A stretch of 64,000 nucleotides of DNA from an uncultured Acidobacteriota bacterium. GTDB lineage: Bacteria > Acidobacteriota > Thermoanaerobaculia > Thermoanaerobaculales > Sulfomarinibacteraceae. Where the stretch lies: positions 2,464,808-2,528,807 of the forward strand of contig CAVQPK010000002.1 of the NCBI GenBank assembly GCA_963714745.1, written 5' to 3'. Numbering within the stretch: position 1 is the stretch's first letter; every line of letters starts with the position of its first letter. The position numbers and the translations under genes are program-made. This document shows positions 38,616 through 47,196 of the stretch, piece after piece. The notes beneath the pieces were generated by a model. It did no database searches. It was not told the DNA's origin and worked only from the letters and a program-made list of their open reading frames with translations.

Positions 38616-40215
38616 CCGCCGCCGGCCGGGGCTGGCGGCGGAACGGGGCCCCGGGCTTCCAGCTCGGCGGCTCGGAGCGGGCGTCGAGCGCCTCGATCAG
38701 GTCGAGGATCACCTCGCCGAGCTGAATCGTCCCGGCGAGCGGCCACGCGGGGTCGAACTCGTCGCTCGGCCGGTGATACCCCGTATCGCGGTAGCGCCGG
38801 CGGGGCGCCTCGGGTTCCGTCTCGACCTCGAGGGTCTCTCCGCAGTCGATCCACACCGCCGGGATCCCGGCGCGGGCGAAGCTGAGCTGGTCGGAGCGGA
38901 AGAAAAAGCCCTGCTCGGGCGCCGGCTCCGGCACCACGGTGAGCCCGTGTCGGAGGGCGGCCCGGGCGATCTCGTCACCGAGCTCCGAGTGCGGTCCCCC
39001 GATCGCGATCAGGTCGCGCGTCCTGCCCCAGACGTGGGTCATCTCGAGGTTGAGGTCCGCCACGATCCGCTCGACCGGAACCGGCGGCGAGCGAAGGAAC
39101 GCGCGCGACCCCAGGAGCCCCTCCTCCTCGGCTGCCGGCGCGAGAAAGAGCACGTCGTCCGCCAGCGGCGTCGGGCGGGCGGCGAGAGCCCGGGCCAGCG
39201 CGAGCATGAGCGCCAGCGCGGAACCGTTGTCGATCGCGCCGTTGTAGATGGCGTCGCCGTCCTCGGCGCGTCCGATACCCAGGTGGTCGTGATGCGCGCT
39301 GACGACCACGGTGCGGGCGGTGCCGTTGCCACGGCCCCGCACGATGCCGCCCACGTTGGCGGTCTCCACCGTCCGCGACGGACAGCGGCCCGATACGCGG
39401 ACCCGGATCCCGGTCGGTCGGGGACGGAAGTCGCGTCGCTCGGCAGCGGCACGCAGCGTGTCGAGGTCGAGGCTCGCAGCCGCCAGCGCCCGGCGAGCGG
39501 CCGTCTCGCGGACCCACCCGCGGAGGGGGCAAGGGGGAGAATCGCCGGGGTCGAAGAACGCCGGTCCGGACCATGAGTTGCGGACGACGGTCCATCCGTA
39601 GCCGGCGTCGGCGTCGGAGTGGACCAGGAGGACCCCGGCTGCACCGCGCAGCGCGCCCTCCTCGAGCTTGGCGGTCCAACGCCCGTGCCAGGTGAGGGCC
39701 GGACCCTCGAAGAGGTCGGCGCGGGTGCGCCCCGGCTCGTTGACCAGCACCAACAGGACGGTACCCGCGAGGTCGGCGCCCTTGAAGTCGTCCCAGCCCC
39801 AGCGCTCGGAGTCGATGGCGTAGCCGGCGAACACGAGCTCGCCCTCGACCGCCTCTCCGCGGTGGCTCGGGGTGAGCAGAGCGACCGCCTGGTCACCGAT
39901 CGCCGGCCGGATCGCAGCTCCGACCGGCGGCAGGAGTTCGAGCGTCAGGGCCGGGTCCGGCTCGACCTCGACCAGCGACACGGGTTGCCGATAGGAAGGA
40001 CCGAACGCCGGCTCGGCGCCGGCCGAGGCGAGGACCGCCTCGAGGTAGGCCTGGGCGAGCCGGTCGCCCCGGGTGCCGATGCCGCGGCCCTCGAGCAGAT
40101 CGTCGGAGAGAAAACGGATGTGGGCCGCGAGCTCGCCCCGGGTCAGCTCGCCTCCGGCCGCAGCAGGGGCCGCGGTGAGCCCGGCCACCACGACCGCGAG
40201 AGCCGCCCGCGTCAC
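38578..40215 (-). CDS. M28-family metallopeptidase with PA domain, secreted
   Basis: GTG 40215 overlaps the upstream receiver stop (GTGA). Signal peptide: AALAVVVAGLTAAPAAAG. Motifs: VVVSAHHDHLG, NGAIDNGSALA, FLAPAAEEEGLLGS. Confidence 0.85.
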   Translation of the reverse strand: MTRAALAVVVAGLTAAPAAAGGELTRGELAAHIRFLSDDLLEGRGIGTRGDRLAQAYLEAVLASAGAEPAFGPSYRQPVSLVEVEPDPALTLELLPPVGAAIRPAIGDQAVALLTPSHRGEAVEGELVFAGYAIDSERWGWDDFKGADLAGTVLLVLVNEPGRTRADLFEGPALTWHGRWTAKLEEGALRGAAGVLLVHSDADAGYGWTVVRNSWSGPAFFDPGDSPPCPLRGWVRETAARRALAAASLDLDTLRAAAERRDFRPRPTGIRVRVSGRCPSRTVETANVGGIVRGRGNGTARTVVVSAHHDHLGIGRAEDGDAIYNGAIDNGSALALMLALARALAARPTPLADDVLFLAPAAEEEGLLGSRAFLRSPPVPVERIVADLNLEMTHVWGRTRDLIAIGGPHSELGDEIARAALRHGLTVVPEPAPEQGFFFRSDQLSFARAGIPAVWIDCGETLEVETEPEAPRRRYRDTGYHRPSDEFDPAWPLAGTIQLGEVILDLIEALDARSEPPSWKPGAPFRRQPRPAAVNRPAAPPPDGG

Positions 40216-40703
40216 TTCACCTCGTCGTCGAGCTCGCGCATCCGGCGCAGGATGCCGAGCGCGCTGTCGCCGACCGCGGCCTGGAGCAGCTTCTCCATGC
40301 GCACCTCGTCGTGCTGGAACTTCGTCTGCAGCCGGTGCTCGTACGCCTGCTTGAGGGTCTCGACCAGCCGGTCCAGCTCGTAGGGCTTGGGCAGGTAGCC
40401 GAAGGCCCCGAGCTTGGTGCACTCCACCGCCGAGTCGAGCGAGCCGTGGCCGGTCAGGATGATCACCTCGAGGTAGCGGTGCTCGCGCCTTGAGCACCTC
40501 GAGCACCTCCCGTCCGTTCATCCCCGGCATCTTGAGGTCGAGCAGCGCGAGGTCGAACTTGTCCCGCCGCGCCGCGATCGAGCGCTTCAGCGCCGTTGCT
40601 CGCCGTGGTGACGTCGAAGTCCCCGCAGCTCGAGTCGCTTGGCGATGGCCTCGAGGAACTTGACCTCGTCGTCGACGATCAGCAGCTTGATCCTGTTCGG
40701 CAT
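40212..40703 (-). pseudogene. response regulator (receiver plus short helical tail), three frame breaks in this assembly
   Basis: ATG 40703 lies behind GGAGGAG. The pieces MPNRIKLLIVDDEVKFLEAIAKRLELRG / FDVTTASNGAEAL / IAARRDKFDLALLDLKMPGMNGREVLEVLKARA / YLEVIILTGHGSLDSAVECTKLGAFGYLPKPYELDRL... lie in frames 2, 1, 0 and 2. Breaks are near 40620, 40579 and 40482. Confidence 0.8.
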
Positions 40704-40716
40704 CGCGTCTCCTCCG

Positions 40717-42399
40717 TCAGAAACCGATCCAGCGCCAGTAGCCGAAGAAGGTCCAGCCCCAGAGCACCGCAAAGGACAGCACCAGCACCGCGGCGCCGTG
40801 CTTGAAGAAGTCGCCCAGGCGTCACCAGCTGCTCGCCGGTCACCGGGTCCTTGGCCATCGCGTAGGCGATGGCGTTGTTCGGCGTGCCGATGATCAGCAT
40901 GTGGGCGAAGGACGACGCGAAGGCGGTGGCCAGCCCGACCATCCAGGGGTGGGTGCCCGAGATCATCGCCATCGGGACCGTGATCGGGCCGATCGCGGCA
41001 ACCGTTGCACCGTCGCTCATGAAGTTGGTCGTGATGCCGGTGAACAGGCTGACGGCGATGGCGAGGCCCTCGCCGGAGCGCATGAACTCAGGCAACACCG
41101 CGACGAAGGCGTCGGCCATGTAGAGGGCAGCGCCGGTCACCGCCAGGCCCTTGCCCATGGCGCACGCGCTGGCGTACAGAGCCACCACCTCCCAGTGGAT
41201 CCCGGCCATGTCGCGCCAGGTGAGCACCCGGAACAGGTTCAGCAGGACCAGCCCCAGCAGCACCGGACCGCCCATGCCGAGCACGTCGCCGGCCGTGATC
41301 CAGAGCACGATCACCAGCACCAGAACGGCCGCGGTGAGGTACTCGTCGCGGGTCATCGGGCCGATCCTGTCCGACGCCTGGCGGACGAGCGACGGAGACG
41401 TTGAGCGTCTTGCACCTTGAGCCGTCGGCGTAAGCACGAGGAAGAAGTAGGCGGCGATGACCAGAGCCATCACCGGCACGAAGGGCAGGCCGTACTTGAC
41501 CCACTGGCCGAAGGTCGGGGCCATGCCGTAGTCGGCGAGGATGCCCATCATGACGGCGTTGCGACCGCCGGCCGCCGGCGAGCCGGGCCCGCCGCAGTTG
41601 GCGGCGAAGGACGCCGAGAGCACGAACATCACAGCCAGCGCCCGGTCCTGCTTCGACACCCGGCCGCGCGGATCGACGCGGCGTAGACGATCATGAACAG
41701 CGGCATGATGAAGGCGATCAGGGCGTGCTCGGAGACGAACGAGCAGGCTACCGCGAGCAGCGGCAGGAAGATGAAGAGCAGCTTGCCGATGCTGGTCGCC
41801 GGGCCGAGCAGCAGCAGGCCGATGCGCCGGTCGAGGCCGGTCTTGGCGATCGCCTTCGACATCGCCAGCACGCCGAAGATGAAGATCACCGCGTCCTTGG
41901 CGTAGGCCTGGGCGATGTCGTCCGGTTTCAGGACGCCGAAGAGGTACATCGCGAGCGCCGACGAGCAGGGCGGTGATACCGACCGGCATCGCGCCGGTGG
42001 CCCAGAAAAGGGCGCAGACGACCAGAACCGCAAGCATGACCTTGGCGCGCAGGGCCGCCCCGCGACCGTCGAGGGGCTGAACGGTCTTCGTGCCTTCGGC
42101 CGACTCCACCGTGCGGCTCGAGCCCGAACTTGTGGCTGTAGTACTCGGCGATCGTCTCGCCGGTCTTCATCTTGGCGTAGCCGGCGTAGCCGAGGTTGAC
42201 GTCGCTCGACCGCGCCGGTCTTGGGCGCGGTGAGCAGCTCGAGGAGCCGCGCCGAGGGCGGAGTGAAGACCAGCGCGGCGAACAGCACCGCGCCGAGCAG
42301 GATGATCCCCGGCCGCGAGTTGTGTGCTGCCCACCAGCCAGCCTTGAGCGAACGTCTCTCGACGTGGGGGATCTCGAACCGGTGCTTGGCCTGGACTGT
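40717..42399 (-). pseudogene. DASS/SLC13-family anion:sodium symporter, at least 5 frame breaks; N-terminal boundary unresolved
   Basis: The pieces VESAEGTKTVQPLDGRGAALRAKVMLAVLVVCALFWATGAMPVGITALLVGA / LAMYLFGVLKPDDIAQAYAKDAVIFIFGVLAMSKAIAKTGLDRRIG... / VSKQDRALAVMFVLSASFAANCGGPGSPAAGGRN...FMSDGATVAAIGPI...IIGTPNNAIAY / LGDFFKHGAAVLVLSFAVLWGWTFFGYWRWIGF* lie in different frames. The stop is at 40717-40719. Confidence 0.7.
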
Positions 42400-42769
42400 G
42401 GCGGTGCGGGCCGTCCTCGATCGCCGCGACCAGCTGCTCGAGGTCGCAGGGCTTCTCGAGGTAGGCGTAGGCGTCGAGACGGCCGGCCTCGGTGGCGGAC
42501 TCGATGCTGCCGTGGCCGGTCAGCATGATGATCTGGACCTCGGGCCGGAACTGCTTGATCTCCTTCAGCACCTCCTCCCCGCTCATCCCGGGCATCTTGC
42601 GGTCGAGCACGACCACGTCGATGGACGCGTCGGCGCGGGCGCGCTTGACGGCCTCCTCGCCGCTGCCGAGGTCGATGGTCTCGTAGCCCCGAAGGCGGAG
42701 CCGTTGCGCCAGGGAGGTGCGGAACCGTTCCTCGTCGTCGACCAGCAGGACTGTCGGCATCGTGCTCAC
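42400..42769 (-). CDS. response regulator receiver domain (3' end unresolved, see findings)
   Basis: Receiver motifs are VLLVDDEERF, DVVVLDRKMPGMSG, VQIIMLTGHGS and AYAYLEKPCDLEQLVAAIED. GTG 42769 overlaps the CBS gene stop (GTGA). ATG 42760 is also possible. Confidence 0.75.
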
Positions 42770-43326
42770 TCCTTCTCGCCGGCCGGGCCGGCCTGCCGCA
42801 GGATCTCCTCGGCAACCACGTCGAACAGGTCGGCCAGCCGCAGCAGGCCGACCACCTCGGGGCCTCGACGGACCAGGATCGAGAGGGTCTGGGCGTCGAG
42901 CAGGGCGGTCGCCGCATCGGCCAACGAGGCCGTCACATCGATGCTCACCGTCACCGGCTGCATCGCGTCGCCGACCTTGAGCGTCGCGGCGCGGCTGCAG
43001 CAGTCCTCGAGGTGTCCGTGGAGCAGGCGCATGTGCCCGCGCAGCGAGTCGATCAGCTCGGACGGGACACCTGCGCGATCGAGCTCGCCGTACTCCGGGC
43101 TCGCCGCCGCTCCCGGCTGCAGGGCCTGGAGGAAGGCAAGGTGGCCGAGCTTCCCGACCACCCTGCCGCTGCGGTCGAGGACCAGGACCAGCCGGTAGGG
43201 CAGGCGGCCGCCGGGTCTCTCCGCCTGGGATTCGCGAAGGACGCGCACCGCCTCGGCGAGGGTGGCGTCCACGCTCACCGCGGGGACGTCGGTCAGGGGC
43301 AGCATGACGTCTCGGACTCGCTTCAT
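42766..43326 (-). CDS. CBS-pair domain protein
   Basis: Two CBS-like units are present (VRDVMLPLTDVPAVSVDATLAEAVRVL... and VGDAMQPVTVSIDVTASLADAATALL...). ATG 43326 overlaps the kinase stop (ATGA). Confidence 0.85.
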   Translation of the reverse strand: MKRVRDVMLPLTDVPAVSVDATLAEAVRVLRESQAERPGGRLPYRLVLVLDRSGRVVGKLGHLAFLQALQPGAAASPEYGELDRAGVPSELIDSLRGHMRLLHGHLEDCCSRAATLKVGDAMQPVTVSIDVTASLADAATALLDAQTLSILVRRGPEVVGLLRLADLFDVVAEEILRQAGPAGEKE

Positions 43327-45032
43327 GGGCTCTTCTCCGTATGGGCAGGCGCCGCCGTGGCGCTGTCGCCGTGGGGGTGGATGGGCAGGGTGACGGTGAA
43401 CGTGCTTCCGGCCCCGACCTCGGTCGAAACGGCGATCTGGCCGCCGAAGGACCGGATGATGGTGTAGCTCACGGAGAGCCCGAGCCCGGTCCCCTTGCCG
43501 ACCTCCTTGGTGGTGTGGAACGGCATGAAGATCTTCTCGAGGTGCTCGGGCGCGATTCCGCAGCCGGTGTCGGCGACCGAGACCACGACCGAGTCGCCGT
43601 CGGCGGCGAGGCGGGTCGAGATCGTGATGCGGCCGGCGCCCCGGATGGCGTCGATGGCGTTGGTGAGCAGGTTGACGATCACCTGCTCGAGCTGGCTGCC
43701 GTCGGTCAGGATCGGCGGCAGGGTCGCGTCGTAATCACGCACGAACTCGATGTTGGAGACCGTCATCTCGCGCTCGAGAAGGCCCGCGACGATCTCGTCG
43801 AGCAGCTGGTTGACCTGGTGGAACTCGAGCCTGACGTCGCCTTTCCGAACGAAGCTGAGCAGCTTGCGGGTGATGTCGCGAGCTCGGAACACCGCTTCGG
43901 TGATGGTGTCGAGGTGCTCTCCGACCTCGGTCGGCTCGAGCCGCTGGTGGAAGCGTGGGTCCATCATGTCGCGCATCAACCCCGCCTCTTCGGCGATGAT
44001 GGCCAACGGATTGTTGATCTCGTGGGCTACTCCGGCGGCCAGCTCTCCCACCGAGGCGAGCCGCGCTGCGTGGTGGAGCTGGCCCGAGAGCTCGGCCCTG
44101 GCGGAGTCCTCGCGGCGTCGGTGCTCGACCACTTTGCGGGTGCGCATCACGATCGCTGACAGGACGGCCAAGATGATGGCCGCCGAGATCGCGAGGAAGC
44201 TGAGCGGCAGATCGTGGAGCCGGCCGGTGCCCACCGCGCCGCTGCGCAGCACGATCAGCGCCCAATCGGTGAGATCGAGCCAACAGTAAGCGTAGGTTTC
44301 CCGGGAGCGCCCGAGCTGGAGCTCGGCGGTGCCGAGCAGCGGGTCGTTCGGCGGAAGCAGGCGCGACTCCGCGCCCTCCAGGGCCGTCGACAGGTTGACG
44401 ATCTGTGGGTTCCCGGCGGAGTTGACCAACAGGCTCGAGACCTCGCCGGAGCCGCGCAGGGACGACAGGTAGTCGCGGAACCGCTCCGGGTCGAGTGTCG
44501 CCCGCAGGACCACCGGGCCGGCCTCCGCGTCGCGTCGGACCGCGATCGTGAAGTGCGGCTTCTGCCTGAAGCCGAGGTACATGTCGGTGATCACGAAACG
44601 GCGTTCGGACCCCGCCAGGGTCCCGAACCAGCCTTCGTCCTCGTAGTTGCGGCCGAGGAGCGAAGGAAACGGCCCGGAGTAGCTGACCATCGTCCCGCCG
44701 GTGTCGAAGAACCCGAGGTCGACGAAAGTGTCGCTGTCTCGCTGCAGCCGGGCCAGGGAGCGGTCCATCGCGGCCGACGACGGGGGGACCGGCAGGGTCG
44801 GGTCGTCGACCAGGTTGAGCAGGTTGACCACTCGCTCGCGCAAGAAGAGGTCGAGGGTCGAGGCCTGGCTCTCGGCGATCGCCTGCAGGTGGGCCGCGCG
44901 GCTCGAGTGCAGCAGGGCCCGCGATTCGAGGTGGAAGTAGACGGTGAGCAAGACCAGCGGTGTGAGGTAGGTCAGCAGCAGACGGATCAGGGTGTGCCGC
45001 CACAGCTGCCGGTAGTCGTGGTCGCGAGCCAT
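43323..45032 (-). CDS. sensor histidine kinase (two TM helices, periplasmic sensor domain, HisKA, HATPase_c)
   Basis: The start is moved to ATG 45032, behind GGAGGAG. The H-box is [16 protein letters not shown] boxes are [16 protein letters not shown] and GTGLGLS. Confidence 0.9.
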   Translation of the reverse strand: MARDHDYRQLWRHTLIRLLLTYLTPLVLLTVYFHLESRALLHSSRAAHLQAIAESQASTLDLFLRERVVNLLNLVDDPTLPVPPSSAAMDRSLARLQRDSDTFVDLGFFDTGGTMVSYSGPFPSLLGRNYEDEGWFGTLAGSERRFVITDMYLGFRQKPHFTIAVRRDAEAGPVVLRATLDPERFRDYLSSLRGSGEVSSLLVNSAGNPQIVNLSTALEGAESRLLPPNDPLLGTAELQLGRSRETYAYCWLDLTDWALIVLRSGAVGTGRLHDLPLSFLAISAAIILAVLSAIVMRTRKVVEHRRREDSARAELSGQLHHAARLASVGELAAGVAHEINNPLAIIAEEAGLMRDMMDPRFHQRLEPTEVGEHLDTITEAVFRARDITRKLLSFVRKGDVRLEFHQVNQLLDEIVAGLLEREMTVSNIEFVRDYDATLPPILTDGSQLEQVIVNLLTNAIDAIRGAGRITISTRLAADGDSVVVSVADTGCGIAPEHLEKIFMPFHTTKEVGKGTGLGLSVSYTIIRSFGGQIAVSTEVGAGSTFTVTLPIHPHGDSATAAPAHTEKSP

Positions 45033-45135
45033 CGAGCGACTCCTCCCCGACACGCCGTTCTCGCCCATCATGCCACCCCCGGAGCTTCCGCTGCCGACGC
45101 AGCTCGCACTGATGCCCTCCGGGGGCCTTCGCAGC

Positions 45136-45164
45136 AACATAGCGTCCCCAGAGTGGGATCGCAA
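45136..45164 (-). promoter_or_regulatory. possible sigma70-type promoter of the kinase operon (TTGCGA-17-TATGTT)
   Basis: On the minus strand, TTGCGA lies at 45164-45159 and TATGTT at 45141-45136, with a 17-nt spacer. It sits about 100 nt upstream of ATG 45032 and 7 nt downstream of the TGTGA-N6-TCACA site. Confidence 0.35.
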
Positions 45165-45171
45165 GAGAATT

Positions 45172-45187
45172 TGTGAGACATTTCACA
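45172..45187. promoter_or_regulatory. perfect CRP/FNR-family type palindrome TGTGA-gacatt-TCACA
   Basis: This exact 5+6+5 palindrome lies in a local AT-rich patch (gagaatttgtgagacatttcacatgatg) within the 316-bp gap between murA and the kinase operon. Confidence 0.4.
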
Positions 45188-45348
45188 TGATGGCCGCTCT
45201 GCAGTCGAACGACGAGCTCCCGGATTCGGGCGACCCGGGCCTGACAGGGGGCCGGCCAAGGGGAATGAAGACGCTGTGCGAGCGGCTGCGAACCCGGCGG
45301 AGGATGTCGTCCCGGCTCGTGTGCGCGTTCCAGGTATGGGTTGGGGGG

Positions 45349-46659
45349 CTACCCGACCCGCTCGATCTCTGCGCCAAGCGCTGCGAGCCGCTGGTGGAGG
45401 GCCTGGTAGCCGCGCTCCACCTGGCGGATGTTGTGGATCACGCTCTCGCCGTCGGCGGCGAGGGCCGCGATCACCAGCGCCATGCCGGCGCGGATATCGG
45501 GGCTCGCGAGGGTCTGGCCATAGAGCTGCGAAGGCCCCACCACCAGCGCCCGGTGGGGATCGCAGAGCACGATCCTGGCCCCCATGGCGATCAGCCGGTC
45601 GACCCAGAACAGCCGGCTTTCGAACATCTTCTCGTGGATCAGCACGGTTCCCTTGGCCTGGGTGGCGACCACCAGGGCGATGCTGGTGAGATCGGGAGGA
45701 AATGCGGGCCACGGTCCGTCGTCGATCTTCGGGATCGCGCCGTGCAGGTCCTCGCGGATGATGAGCTCGCGACCGCCGGGCAGGAAGAGATCGTCGCCGC
45801 GGACCTCCCACTCGACGCCGAGCCGACCGAAGGCGATCGCGGTCATCCGGTGGTGCTCGGCCGGCCGTGCGTCACGGATCAACAGCTCGCCGCCGGTCGC
45901 CGCTGCGAGGCCGATGAAGCTGCCGACCTCGATCAGGTCGGGCCCGACCCGGTGGCTCGCTCCGCCGAGCCGCGGCACGCCTTCGACGGTGAGCGTATTG
46001 GTCCCGATGCCCTCCACCCGCGCGCCCATCGCCCGTACGAGACGGCAGACCTCCTGGACGTGGGGCTCTGAGGCGGCGTTGCGGATCACCGTCTCGCCGG
46101 CGGCGGCGGCGGCCGCCATCACCACGTTCTCGGTGGCCATCACGCTCATTTCGTGCAGGAAGAGGTCGGTCCCCTCGAGGCCGCGGGGCGCCTCGAGCCG
46201 GTAGTGGTCTCCTGCGACGTCGACCTCGGCGCCGAGCTCCGAGAGCGCATGGAGATGGGTGTCGACCGGACGCCGGCCGATCCGGTCGCCGCCGGGCCTC
46301 GGCAGCACCGCCTTCCCGTGCCGTGCGAGCAGGGGCCCGGCGAGCAGGAACGAGGCACGGATCTCACGCGCCAGATCCGGTCGGACCCGGTGCCGTTCGA
46401 ACCCTGCGGCCTCGACCCGGTAGCTCCCCGGCCCGCCGGCCGTCACCTTCGCGCCGAGGTCGACCAGCAGCTCCAGCATGACCTGGACGTCGCGAATCTC
46501 GGGCACGTTGGTCAGCTCGACCGCTTCGTCGGTGAGCAGGGTCGCGGCGAGCAGCGGCAGCGCAGCGTTCTTGTTGCCGCCCGCCGTCACCTCGCCCCGG
46601 ATCGGGCGGCCGCCACGGACCACGTACGCTGCGGCGTCGTCACGAAGCAGGGTCGGCAT
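45349..46659 (-). CDS. murA: UDP-N-acetylglucosamine 1-carboxyvinyltransferase
   Basis: ATG 46659 lies behind GGGAGG. Motifs: GEVTAGGNKNAALPLLAATLL, PGGDRIGRRPVDTH, and the C-terminus ...VERGYQALHQRLAALGAEIERV. Confidence 0.95.
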   Translation of the reverse strand: MPTLLRDDAAAYVVRGGRPIRGEVTAGGNKNAALPLLAATLLTDEAVELTNVPEIRDVQVMLELLVDLGAKVTAGGPGSYRVEAAGFERHRVRPDLAREIRASFLLAGPLLARHGKAVLPRPGGDRIGRRPVDTHLHALSELGAEVDVAGDHYRLEAPRGLEGTDLFLHEMSVMATENVVMAAAAAAGETVIRNAASEPHVQEVCRLVRAMGARVEGIGTNTLTVEGVPRLGGASHRVGPDLIEVGSFIGLAAATGGELLIRDARPAEHHRMTAIAFGRLGVEWEVRGDDLFLPGGRELIIREDLHGAIPKIDDGPWPAFPPDLTSIALVVATQAKGTVLIHEKMFESRLFWVDRLIAMGARIVLCDPHRALVVGPSQLYGQTLASPDIRAGMALVIAALAADGESVIHNIRQVERGYQALHQRLAALGAEIERVG

Positions 46660-46751
46660 CGCCGCACCTCCCGGAGCGACGATACCACTCACTTCTCCGG
46701 CGTCGACGTCCGGTGAGGAGTCCGGGCGAGGAGCCGGGGTAGACTGGCGCC

Positions 46752-47153
46752 GTGACGTCCCGACTCCACCTCCACCGCCTGAGCGGGGACAAGCGCGCCG
46801 GTGTGCTCGTGAAGCTGCTGGAACGGCTCCACCGCGAGCGACGGAAGGTCGTCGTCTGGGTCGCCGACGAGGGCCGCCGCCAGATCCTCGACGACTACCT
46901 GTGGACCTTCGAGAAGCTGGCCTTCGTCCCCCATCTCTCGTGGGCGCCCGCGCTCGGCGAGGTAGAGGACCCGATCGTCCTGGTGGGCGAGCCGGTCAAC
47001 CCGAACCGGGCCGAGGTGCTGGTGGTCGGCGACGAGCTGCCTCCGGGGCCGTGGGCGGCCGGCTTCGCCGAGGTCCACGATCTCGTCCCCGCGGGTGCCC
47101 AGGGCGATCAGCGGGAGGCCCACTGGCGCCGGTGGGAAGAGACCTCCGGGTGA
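46752..47153 (+). CDS. holC: DNA polymerase III subunit chi-like
   Basis: 133 aa with a GTG start. The pattern KVVVWVADEGRRQILDDYLWTFEKLAFVPH matches the chi-subunit core (LD..LW.....F.PH). Confidence 0.6.
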   Translation: MTSRLHLHRLSGDKRAGVLVKLLERLHRERRKVVVWVADEGRRQILDDYLWTFEKLAFVPHLSWAPALGEVEDPIVLVGEPVNPNRAEVLVVGDELPPGPWAAGFAEVHDLVPAGAQGDQREAHWRRWEETSG

Positions 47154-47196
47154 GTGCAGCCGGCACCGGCGTCTACCCGCTCGAGGGCGCGGGCCG

